64,000 bases of DNA from Rhizaria sp. SCN 62-66 (Eukaryota), in NCBI GenBank assembly GCA_001724265.1, contig MEDY01000237.1, forward strand, positions 1 to 64,000, given 5' to 3'. The notes beneath the pieces were generated by a model. The model was not told where the DNA came from. It saw only the letters and a program-made list of their open reading frames with translations, and did no database searches. Positions 36,546 to 49,179 of this stretch are shown here, one piece after another. Position numbers and translations under genes: made by a program. Positions within the stretch are counted from its first letter, which is position 1. Every line of letters starts with the position of its first letter.

Positions 36546-38076
36546 TCAAACGGTTTGACCACAATATGGAGCGCACAAAGATCACGTTTATGATTTGACA
36601 AATTGTGTTACAGATACTTTAGAACTCACTCTACCATAGACTACGTAGACAGTACGTACTGACAATGTGCTAAATAAAAGTTTTCGTTTTTTCGAACCAA
36701 GATGAAGTTTCTTTGTATGACGTTGAGTTAAATGTTAATGGCACAAATGTGGTGTTCTGATTTGCGAGCAGCGTGTGACGATTGATAGAAGAATTGTCCA
36801 CAGCGATGTGAGCCCTTTTATAACTGTTGTTGTCATAATGAGAGGAGATGGATAATATAGTGTCTTAGAAGGGGTACGCCTTAAAACATATCTGTGTGTC
36901 GTCAAGAGTTCACAAGACGGCAATATGACAAAACGTAAACTGAAATGAAAAAAAAAAAAAATGAAACGCAGAAACGCATTGTGGTCGCAACAACCTGTAC
37001 GCGAAAAGTGCCATGAAAATGGAGGCTTGTCCACTGCTGCGAAAGACGCACGTGAAATTACCGGTACGAACAATTTGATGTACGCAGATAAAAATATACC
37101 AATTGAAACATCAGCACAAACGCGAGTGCAGCGTGAAAGCGACAAATGTGACAAACAAGCAAACAAACAACAAACACGGAACGAATGCAAAATATACTGA
37201 ATATATCTTAAGACTAGGAGGATCAAAAGCAAATGCAGATCACAGACACAAACCATAGACAAAGACAAAGAACTAGGGAAACAGTTGCGTGAACAACATA
37301 GAATAACAGAGGCAAAAAAAAAAATAACTAAACGCGTAAGTATACAGAAACAAAGCCAAAAAAGAAACAGGGAGAAAGGCATAGACTGAGTGGGAGACGG
37401 ATATGGAAACGCGAAACTCTGGTGTGTTACACACGCTTTAGCTCATTTGAGAAGCTACATTGCTGATACTAAGCACTAAGACGTACAGTATTAAGGAAGC
37501 GACCCGCAAAACAAGCTAACGTGGTCCAGTAACACAGACACAGACACATACTACCGAGATCACAGACAAAGCACACAGACAGACACAGACGAGCACTCGC
37601 ACAAACACAAGGCACACTGCACACCAGCACCGAGTCAAAGGCAAAGCAACCACGAAAGCGCGCAAGCACGCCGTGCAGGCAGGTTGGTTTGAATCTCTGC
37701 ATGATGAAAGTAGATATAACGAGTGAGTCAAGTTTTAAATGCGAGCAAGTGTGTTCATAATAATTGAGAGTCGTAATGATGAAAGATTGTAAGCTGAAGA
37801 TAGCGAAGCAAACATAATGGGGGAAGAGTGGCAAGAAATCGAAAGATAGCAAAAAAGCGAAAGAACGATGTGTACACGTGATAGTTACTCGTGGGTTAAA
37901 CAATGGCTATCAAAGAAAGAGTGGTAAAGACATGATATATGTAATTACTATGAGATAGGAACTGCGATGAATCCAAAATGACTGCGTGACACACACACAG
38001 ACAAGAAAAAACTTCGCGAGAACAAAGTGTCTTCGTGAGCCCGAAGAGCGACAAAAATGACAGCAAGTACAACACG

Positions 38077-38132
38077 ACAGCAGCAGTAGGAGCAGCAGCT
38101 GCAGCAGCAGCAGCAGCAGCAGTTGAGCAGTA
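38077..38132. repeat. Imperfect (CAG)n microsatellite downstream of the kinase gene
   Basis: cagcagcagtaggagcagcagctgcagcagcagcagcagcagcag… read directly; it lies outside any supported CDS. Confidence 0.7.
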
Positions 38133-38315
38133 GCAGAGAAACAGCACAAAGCAACCTACAACAATAGAAGAGCCTCTTAAGCAACAAAGCGGAACGTGAC
38201 AATGCTAACAACTTGTTGTCATGTGACCTGCCATTTGATGTTGATAAGTGTGCTGTCTTCAAATGCGCATTTGCGTGTGTGTGCAATCTGTCAAACACAT
38301 GTGTTTGTCTTACTC

Positions 38316-40939
38316 TCAGAAGTCAGCGTCCCAGTTGCTTCCATCGTCGACATAGGGCTCGAAAGCACCAACATCGGCGCTAAACGACTCGAAGTTGGAC
38401 AGATCCGTGTTGTCGCGCACGGCGGGCGTCTGCGGTGGGCGCAGCTGCTTCTGGATCAGCGCGTCCCAGTCCAGGGTGGCAAACCAAGAGTGAATCTTGA
38501 TGAGCTTAGCGCCGCCCTTGACGACACCGAGACGCTTGGTCGCCTTGTGATTCAACAGCCTACGAGAGAGAGAAGAGAGAGCGAAATAAGAAATAAACAA
38601 AATGTGAGCGAATATCAAAGAAAACAAAATCCACAATACGTATCAAACAGTCTGAATTTACAATAATTCACAAGCATCATGGAAAAGGGGACGTACTTCT
38701 TAATAAGCGAGAGCGCCTCCTTGGAGAAATGCGCGGGGAACTGGATGACGCCGTCCATGATCTTGCTGTATGTGCGCATGGGATCCTCGTCGTAGAAGGG
38801 CGGGTACGAGGCCAGCATCTCGAAGACGAAGATACCCACGGTCCACCAGTCGACGCCCATGCCGTGGCCGGCACCCGCGACGATCTCGGGCGCGAGGTAG
38901 TCCGGCGTGCCACACAGGGTGAAGGTGCGGCCGTCGCCGACCTCCTTGGCGAAACCAAAGTCTGTGACCTTGACGTACCCCGCGGCGTCAAGCAGCAGGT
39001 TCTCGGGCTTGAGGTCGCGGTAGATGATCCCGCGTGCGTGCATGCTCTCAAATGCGAGCACGACGCTGGCGGCGTAGAAGCGCGCCGTGCCCTCGTCGAA
39101 TAGCGAGCGGTGGCGCAGCAGCGTGAAGAGCTCGCCGCCGAGCACCGCGTCGAGCAGGAAGTACAGCCGGTGCTGGTCGCGGTACGTCTGCCACAGGCGC
39201 ACCAGGAACGGATGCTGCAGCGACATCATCACGCGCTTCTCGGACAGGATGTGGCTCTGCTGGCCGCTGGCCGCGATCTGCGCCTTGGAGACGGCCTTGA
39301 GCGCGTACGTCTGCTGCGTGCGCCGGTCCTGCACCAGCTGCACGTAGCCGAAGGACCCGCGGCCGAGCGTGCCCAGCACTTTGAGCGAGTCCATGGGCAC
39401 GCCCGCGAAGCCCGGGGAGACGGTGCCGACGGGACCGGCGTTGGTCACCGCCGCCGCGCCCCCGGCCCCGGCGCCGGCGCCAGTGGCGGCGGCCGCCAGG
39501 ATCGCCGACTTGCGCTCGTCCTCGGCCGACGACCCCGCGGCGGCTTGCAGTGCCTGCGCCTGCGACTGGGCCGACTGGGATCCGCCGGCAGCAGTGGAGT
39601 CGGCCGCGGCGGCCGCGGCGGCCGCCTGCTGCTGCTGCTGGCGGTCGCTCTCGATCTTGGCCTTAGCGGCGGTGGCGTCGAGCGAGTGCGTGCGCACCGA
39701 TGACTCGACCTGGTTGTCCTCCTGGATCTTGGCCTTCATGATGTCCTCGAGTGGACCCAGCAGCAGCGAAAATGCGTTGCGGTCGAGCTTGAGCAGCCGG
39801 CAGTCGGTCTGCGTCGTGACCGTGGCGGCGCGCAGCTCCTTGTTCAGCAGCGCGCGCTCGCCGAAGTAGCCGCCGGGCTTGATGACGTTGACGTGCACGG
39901 CCTCGGTGGCGTTGGGCGCGAGCTTGGAGACGGTGAGTTCGCCCTCGAACACGAGGTACATGCAGTCGCCCACCGAGTCCTGACGGAAGATAAGCTGCCC
40001 CGCGCGCACAAACACTTCGTCCAGCGCCTCGGCGATCTTGGCGCGCTCGTACTCGGCCAGCGGTTGCAGCAGTGGCACCTTTTGCAGGAAGCTGACGTAG
40101 GCCTTGTACTTGCGCTCCGAGAGGTCCGTGACGACACGGCGGAAGGTGAAGCGGTCGATGACCCACACCACGGCGTCGGAGACTGCGGTGACCGTGGCGG
40201 CGCGGGGCGAGTTGTACAACAGCGCCAGCTCGCCGAAGAGCGTCCCGCGGCCACGCGTGGCGACCTTGCGGCCGTGCACGAAGACGTGGAACTCGCCAGT
40301 CTCGACCACGTAGAGGTTGTCGCCCAGGTCGCCCTGCACGATCGCGTTCTCCCCCGAGCGGAAGGTCCAGCGGTACATCTCGCGGATCACCGAGTCCTTG
40401 TGCGCGGCGTCCATGCCCATGAACAGCACGTTGTCCTGCACGGCGCGCATGACGAGGTTGTGTTGCGCGGGGGTCTTTGTGCGCACCGCGTCCTTGGGGA
40501 TCTTGGGTGCAGATCGGGTGAGCCCGGACGAGACGGCCTGGCGCTTGGCGAACTGCACGTTAAGGCGCTCCTTGGAGAAGACGGAAAAGAAGTTTGCCTG
40601 GTCGAGGTAGAGGCACTCTGCGGGGCCCTTAACGACCTTGACGGTGGCGCCGCGGGGCGCGTTGCCGATGAGACCGGCCTCGCCGAAGTAGTCGCCCGGG
40701 TTCAGACGGCCGATTTCGACCTCAGCGTCACTCTCAGTCGCGCGGCGGAGCACGGAGGCCTCGCCCGTGATGATGATGTAAAAGCCGTTCGAGGCATCGC
40801 CCTGGGTGATGATGTTTGAGCCGACCGGGAAGGATTGAGTGACAACAAGACCTGCGAGCTTGACGCGATCGCCGTCGGTGAGTTGTTTCAAAACCGGCAC
40901 GTTCTTCAGCACAGCTGCGACACGCTCCAGCGTGCTCAT
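38316..40939 (-). CDS. Cyclic-nucleotide-dependent protein kinase (PKG-like: three CNB domains plus AGC kinase), about 828 aa; exons 40939-38697, 38559-38316
   Basis: Three CNB cassettes (FGEAGL…PRGATV, FGELAL…PRAATV, FGERAL…LRAATV). Kinase motifs GRGSFG, YALK, YRDLKPEN, DFGFAK, TLCGTPDYLAPE and DWW. AGC tail DLSNF…NWDADF. TGA stop. Confidence 0.9.
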
Positions 40940-41516
40940 TGTGCCTGAAAGGGGGTGCGGGAACAGCAGGAATGAGCAAATGTGAGCACGGCAAAGGGAT
41001 AAAAGGTGATGGGGGCAAGAGAGGGAAAAACTGCCCGCCCCTAATTTAGAAGAGAAGATATGTCTCTCAACACATTGAGTCGATGCCGTCATATATGAAA
41101 AATGCATAATTCATTCGTCAAAATAATCGAGAAGATTGCTTCTTTGCAGCGAAATCGACCATGCATCGAGCACATCCATATCTTAAACAGCCCCTCATGA
41201 CGAGTTTGTCGAGCTTGCTTGGTCAGTAAGCGGACACATGAACATGTACTGTTAATCGTCCTTATCGTTGGCAAAACAATGACTAGTGGTTTAAAAAAAC
41301 TATGTGAAATGGAAAGATACAGTACTAGTTGATAGGCGCGCGCAGTTTTATTTTCCTCTGAAACGACACTCAAAGTGAGGTTGAGCTAAAGAGTCGGGAG
41401 AGCGATTCAGATGTTGATAAAGGCATTTAACGGCATACGTAAGGAGTGTCGGGATGTCTTTGCTTGGTGTAAAACCTTATGGGCTGTATTTTAGGATTCT
41501 AGAGTGGATAACCAAT

Positions 41517-42455
<939 letters not shown>

Positions 42456-43010
42456 TTAACTTTTCACAAAACAACCCACCCTAAGACGGTCGAGACCAGC
42501 TCTACCCCCGCCCTGCCCGAGTTGCGGGCATTTTTCCTCAAACTTAAGCCGCGGGGCGTCGACTTGTTTTTACGAACCGGAGATACTTTTTAGGAACCAG
42601 GCCCTCGAAATGATGAGATACATATATTTACATGTATGTCTGACTTCTTCAAATAAAAAACGCTGAATACACTCTACTCAGTTTCAAAGAGACTTTCAAC
42701 GTGTAACTGTGATTTTCCAGCGCCGTGTCCACCAGTCAGAATATGCCCTGCAATCTTGCCCAGCCAAGTTCGACTTCAGCTCTCCTCTCGATGCGGGATT
42801 CAAAGAACAAGCAAGCGTGATAATGATGGGGTCATCGTCAAGCGAAGAGTAAAGTGGTGCGTAGTTGCATTTGTGGAATGTTGTATTGGTTTGGGAAATC
42901 TTTAAGTTAGAGGCGTTCGTCCTGAATGTGGAGTACTGCTTTGAAGCAGTCCTGTCGTACTGGGCCTGAGAATGAAGTCCTGATCGGTTCTTGAGTGTTG
43001 CAGAGTGAGC

Positions 43011-44437
43011 TCAACAAGTGGTCTGCTGTAATGCGGGCTGGGTGCTGCCCTTGCCAAACTCTTTGCTGCCCTTGCGACGCAGCTTCAACTCCTGGCTCAT
43101 CTTGCGGCTTCTACGGTCGCGCTTGCTGTTGCTGTTGTTGCTCTCGTCGTCGTCGCCCTCACTGGCGTCGGCGCTGGCGCTGCCGCTCTCAGTCTCGCCC
43201 TCCCCCTCGCCCTCGTCGTCCGAGGCGCCCTCGTAAGCGTCGGCGCCGGCGTCGTGGAGGCTGTCGGATGTGATCGCGCGGTACAGGATCTTAAGCAGGA
43301 GCCCGAACCACCAGATGTGAAGCACGACGAGTACTGAGAGCAGTACGTTGCACGTCACGGCGCTGATGTAGAAGCGCGTGTATTCGGCCGTCCAGTCGCC
43401 CAGTAGGGCCTTCATGCGCGTGGCCAGCGTGAGCGAGCCGTCGGGGAAGGTCGTGGCCGCCGTGGTGGCGAGTGACGGCAGCGTGCCGCGGCCAATGACG
43501 GAAAAGGGGAAGAGGTACAGCCGGAAGTAGCTCCACAGCGACAGGGTAAGCGCGAACGAGAGCTCGACGATGAACCAGCCTGCACGGCCGTCCAGACGCA
43601 GATAATTACTCATTTTGAGCAGGTCGATGCCGATGTCGGAGATGTCGTGAATGAAAAGCACAACGGCACCGACCTTAAAGTCGTTGTTGGCGTAAGCAAG
43701 CGCGACGAGGCCGATAGTCGCTAAATGGTGGATATACATGGCGAAATAATCCTTGTGGGCGTGCGCGTCGCTGTTAAACCGGTGCGAGATGCAAGTAAAC
43801 ACCCAGACGGCCATTTGCGCGACAAAGAGCATCCGCAGCGACGTCTTAGGCGTGAAATCCTCCGGGTTGGGGAAGAAACACAACCAGGGCTTCGCGATCC
43901 AGGGCTCGCCCCAGAGCACGTAGGCCTCGGCGGTGGCCATGCTGGCGTGAATCACGAGCTGCCACGCCGCGCCGGTAAACTTGGCGCGTGCGGCGCGGCG
44001 GCGCAGCGGGTGGGAAAAGGGCGCGGCCGCGAGCCAGCGCGCTGAGACGACTCTGAACATGACGGTTTCGCAGAACCAGTGCGTCAGGCGCACGGCCGCC
44101 GCGGTGGCGCCCAGCATGAAGAGGAAGAAAAACAGGTCGTGTGGGTTTGTCATCGCCAGGGTGTACAGGATGTAGAGGGTCTCGGCAGCGAAAGTGCCTG
44201 TGAGCAGGAAATCACCTATAGAGAAGAAAATGCAGTCGAGGTGTGGTGTTCAGTGCGTGGAGGGGGAGTTAGAAATGAGTGATTCCGAGATGAAGATTGC
44301 CTTAAATGGGCGTGAAACCTATTTCTAGCTTACGATAGCCTGATGTATGAATGATACACTTGCTTTAAGCACGTACTGAGGGGGGTAATCTGACTTAGGG
44401 CGCGGGAAGTGCTCTTACGAGCGCCGCTACGCATCAT
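43011..44437 (-). CDS. Ceramide synthase (TLC/Lag1p family), paralog A; exons 44437-44377, 44215-43011
   Basis: KF…AWQ, Lag1p motif HKDYFAMYIHHLATIGL…GAVVLFIHDISD…K, W.YFRLY.FP and L.VLHIWWF, followed by an acidic tail. Phase-1 GTACGT intron after the MMRSG… exon; TGA stop. Confidence 0.88.
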
Positions 44438-45929
44438 CCTGTCTGTTGGAGCTTTAGGTAGTTAAACGCCGTCAAACGTTTGCAAAATGCCATGAAATCG
44501 AAATATGTTATCCGTGAGTCATATTTTTAATCTGTTATTGGTGTTATTTTTTGAATATACAAGTATCCATATAAATTTTCTGCGTCTTATGATGGGGCGA
44601 CAGACTATGGTTCGGGGGATTCGGGGTCTCACTAAATAAGCCTACCACACAATTTAAACGCACTAGAAATGCAGTTTAATAATACGATCACTAGAAACAC
44701 AAGTATTGGGATCTGTTAATTAAAGTTTAAAGCCGTTAATATGGGTGTCTACAGAGATATATGCGTGTTTAGGTCTGTGGCCGAATGACGAAGTGCAGTG
44801 ACGTTCGCGGAGTGGGTCTACCTCCAGTTAAAACTCAGCCTGTGGTCAGCATAACAAAACACCGTTTAACGACGCATTAATTCGTGTCATTAAAAATTTA
44901 TGGCATTAATTCAATAAACCCGCCTGTGGGCTGTTTGTAAAACGCATATAAATCTGGAGTCGAAAGTTTGCTATGCTAAAACAAGTCCTTTAAAGATGCG
45001 TTGGCGGTTACGAGCAACAGGTTGATGACGACTATTGACTGAAAGAAAGAAGGCATACGAAATCAAAAATCTTTGTATTGGCGATGAACACACGTTACTG
45101 TTGAATAAAATGATGTAGTTCTAGGAAAACACAATTACGATGCAACGCCTGTTATGGAGCTTCCTCTTTCTGGATATATTCGCGGTCGTGTCAGAATGTC
45201 TGACAAGCGACGACAACAAACACAACAAAAGACAGACAGCTGAAGACAAGGCATAAAACATATCGGAACATGTACAGTATGTACATGTCGTATCATTGAC
45301 ACATTCATGAACAAAAGAACGGCACACTCACAACGAAGTAAGCTGGTGGAGCTCTGGAGCGTGACGGAGCGAATGATACATTTTGAGAATAGGTTAAGAC
45401 ACAAAGTGAAAGCGAGCGAGAAAAGAACATTGCACTGAATACACAAAGTTAAGCCAAGACCCAATGGATAAAGAAAAAAATGACATGCACATTCCATTGA
45501 AGTGTTTGCTTGTTAAAATGATAAGCTTAAGAAAGGGAAACACAGATACAGACACAATGTGATACGATACAACGGCAGCGACAAGCGGCTCAAAAGAATA
45601 CGGAAATACGTAATACTGTCTAACACTGGCTGTAGTCAATGAACTTAGAGGAAACTCTTGGTCTGGTACTGGTATTAACGGTAGTGCAACAAAGACGATA
45701 TTGTTGGTGGTGTTGTTGAAGCTGCTGAAAATGTTTGTTGATATTGTGAAAAGAACAACGACAAGCAAGATGAGCTTATTGATTAATTGGGATTATTACT
45801 CGAGGATAAAACGCACAGAAATCAAAATGAAACAGAATGACGCATACATACACACACAAATAAGAACAAAACACGAAGAAAAAAAAAATCAAATCACGAG
45901 CCTAAAAGCATGCTTGAAGGGTGCCATTC

Positions 45930-47496
45930 TTAGAGAGCCTTCTTGGCAGTCTTGTTGATCTTGGAGCCAAGCTTACGACGGGTCGGCAAGCCGACAGACA
46001 CCATCTCATCTTCGCTCGACTCAGCAGCCTTGTCAGCCTTCGCATCCTTCGCATCCTTCGCATCCTTCGCAGGAGCGACGGACACCGAGCCGCTAGCCTT
46101 GCTCGCGCCCGCAGACGGCGCGACTTCCGGCTTGGCGTTAGCGATGGCCTCGGTCGCGGGGCCGGTCACCTTAGCCTCCCCCTCCTCCTCGTCGTCATCG
46201 TCGTCCTCGCGGTCGGAGTTGCCCTCGTACTCGTCGGCGCCGGCGCTATGGGGGTCGACAGAGCGCAGCATGCGAAGCAAGATGCGGAACAGCAGCGCGA
46301 ACCACCAGATGTGGAGGATGAAGAGCACGATCAAGAGCACATTGCACGTGACACACGAGAAGTAGTAGCGCATGTACGCGGGAGTCCACTCGCCGAGCAC
46401 GGAGACCATGCGTACCGCGAGGGGACGCGTGCCGTCGGGGAAAAGGTAATCTGTGGAGGTGAAAGCCGAGGCGAGTGAGCCCTGCGCAATGATGTAGACG
46501 GGGAACAGGTACAGACGGAAGTAAACCCACATAACCATGGTCATGGTATAAGCGAGCTCAACGATGAAGAGGCCGGGCTTGCCGTCCAAGCGTAAGTAGT
46601 TACTCATCTTGAGGGTATCAATGCCGATGTCGGAGACGTCGTGGGCGAAGAGCACAACGGTGCCAATCTTAAAGTTGTTGTCAGCATAGGCAAGGCCAAC
46701 AAGACCAATCGTGGCCAAGTGGTGAATGTACATGACGAAGTAATCCTTGTGAGCGTGGGCGTCCGAGTTGAAACGGTGGGAAAAACATGTGAAAATCCAA
46801 ATCGCCATTTGCGTCACGAAGAGCAGGCGCAGCGAAGTCTTGGGCGTGAAATCCTCCGGGTTCGGGTAGAAACAAAGCCAGGGCTTCGACAACCAGTCCT
46901 CGTCGTGCAACACGTAGATCTCAAACAGCGCCATGCTTGCGTGGATAACGAACTGCCAGGCAGTTCCGACGAACTTAGTACGCGCGCCGGCCTTCTTCAA
47001 AGGGTGGTTAAAGGGCGCATCACGGAGCACGTAGCCGGAGACAAAGTCATGGACAACGGTGTTGCAGAACCAGGTGGTGGCCTTGACGGCAAGGGCCGTC
47101 ACGGCGAACATGGCGATGAACACGGTGAAGTCGGTCGTGTTTGTGGTGTAAATAGTGTAGGCGATAGCCAGAGTCTCCAACAAGAACGTGGTCGTCAAAA
47201 TCGTATCACCTGTGGGGAGACAGAGAAAAGAGTGAAGTAAAGACGTTCGTTGAAGCGATACAATATTATAAGATGAGGGTGAGCGGAGTCGGGAGAGTTA
47301 GTCGAGGACAACATGAGAGCGGATGAGACAAGGCTGTGATGTGACTGCACGCGAGGCAGACATGAAGAGAAGCACAGAGGTGCACTGGAGCAGGCACTAC
47401 AAGGCACATAAAGCCCGTTTGAGTGTGTGTAAACGTACCTGTTTTAGAAAGCGTGTTCAAAGGACGCGGTTTGGCCACTTGGCCGCGACGCATCAT
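45930..47496 (-). CDS. Ceramide synthase (TLC/Lag1p family), paralog B; exons 47496-47439, 47209-45930
   Basis: Same Lag1p motifs and same intron position as paralog A. C-terminus VGLPTRRKLGSKINKTAKKAL ends in KKxx; TAA stop. Contains a 9-nt repeat x3 (DAK) at about 46042-46068. Confidence 0.9.
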
Positions 47497-49179
47497 CTCT
47501 GACCGGAGGCTGTGTTGAGGAGGGGTGAGAGGCAGCGATAACGAAAAAGCGAACAAAGAAGGGCTCAGAATGAGGCACAACAACAAATGCTACAAGTGAC
47601 GCCAGATATTGAAATAAGAATTCTTCAGAAACAGTTGTGCTTAATCTCTGAATTGCGATTGTTTATAAGCCAAAGATCCACCGATGCAAAAGCGCGGGTG
47701 CTGCAACGAAGCAGAAACCGGTACAAGCGGGAATACAAATGGTCGCTCAAATCAAGGGCTGACGAAACCATCGTAAAGATACAGCAAGCTACGTGATTCT
47801 TATCATGTTATAGCGAGAGCCTGCTCTAAACTGACGAAGATTGGCCTGTTTTCAAAGGCCTTTGAGCTAGTCGCCAATCCATGGACACCCTCTTCGACGA
47901 CGGGCATCCGGCTGAGCAAGGCTAATAGAAAACCACTCGTGGTCAGATTGTAACAGCGTTTTTATCAACACGTGAACAGTTAACAGTGCAAAACTTCTCC
48001 CTTTGAACTGTATCACTTACTATATTAAATGAATTTTGCTATATTATTTCAATCATTTGTGGTTATCCAACTTAAACTGGCTTGCGAAGTGAAACTTCAT
48101 GCCCCTCGCTGCTTTCATCATTCATTCGACGCACATAACAAATATATTTCATAGTAACCAAGTGTGATACGTAAATATTGCATCTACACAAGAGACAACC
48201 TAATGAATTATATGTTTTTGAGTGCGGATTGCAAATTCAAGTCATTATAAACGACTGCATGTCGATGTACCATAAGACATCAAGATCGTAACACAAGGCT
48301 CTATGCTGAAAAGAATGGATATAATGCGAATAATCACATGCGCTCGAGTGGTGGGATACATACAAATGTATTGGAAAACAAGTGAGCACCAGTGACGGCT
48401 TTGAAAGTGCTCAAAAACATGAAAAAGATATAAAATAGCGTTTGTGCTATCTCAAGAATCAATCTCACATTAATCAACGGCAACAACAAGCAAAGCAGGA
48501 CACGTCGTCATTGTAAATGGCAGCTTAAATATATAGTAGTAGTCGTGTGCGGTGATATAAAATATACAGCATTGTAACTGCAACATAATCTTCAAGCCAC
48601 AGCACCAACAACAAAGATGCGCGCTGCCGTGGTATAGCAAAAACACGCGGCAACACGTTCGCTGTTTGTTGAGCTTGTGATAAATAAGATCTACCTGAAT
48701 GACAAAATGTACATGTCAATAGACACTAGGCCATTGCGACCGTTGAAAATATAAAATGATGAGATGTGAAATCGAGGTTGGAATGATGAATGAGGGTGGT
48801 GAAACCATGAGGGATATACAACACACAACAATGCAACGTGGCTTACTGCGAATAACCTAAAGCAGTCTGTAAGGAACAGATTCTGGGATAGATACTTCAT
48901 AAGCAAGATATGACTGCGTAAATCGGGCAAAACTGTTCGGAATATCGCTCTGGCAAGGATGGATAAACGCTGATGATGACGATGTGATGTCGAAAAAGAA
49001 GGAGTAGAAATTGACAACAACACACCCAAAGAAAATGAACTTGAGAAGAAAACTAGAAAATATAAAACTTAAATATAGCTGTGTTGATGTTGGGTAGCCT
49101 CGTCAGCGTGTTTTTTGACCAAAAAAAAAAGGTAAATCAAATATACTGTTTCTGCGTCAGCCGAAGTGAGTCGGCAGCA

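Noticed and set aside
36735-38666. Hydrophobic or Cys-rich ORFs in the MSH3-kinase spacer
   Set aside because: Their composition reflects simple AC/TG-rich sequence and they lack the GC3 codon bias of real genes here.
44590-44850. Possible tRNA, including a CUA suppressor (A-box-like TGGCCGAATG at about 44777; also TCCTCTAAGGA at about 50891)
   Set aside because: No cloverleaf, acceptor stem or properly spaced T-loop could be built. No tRNA gene is supported in this window.
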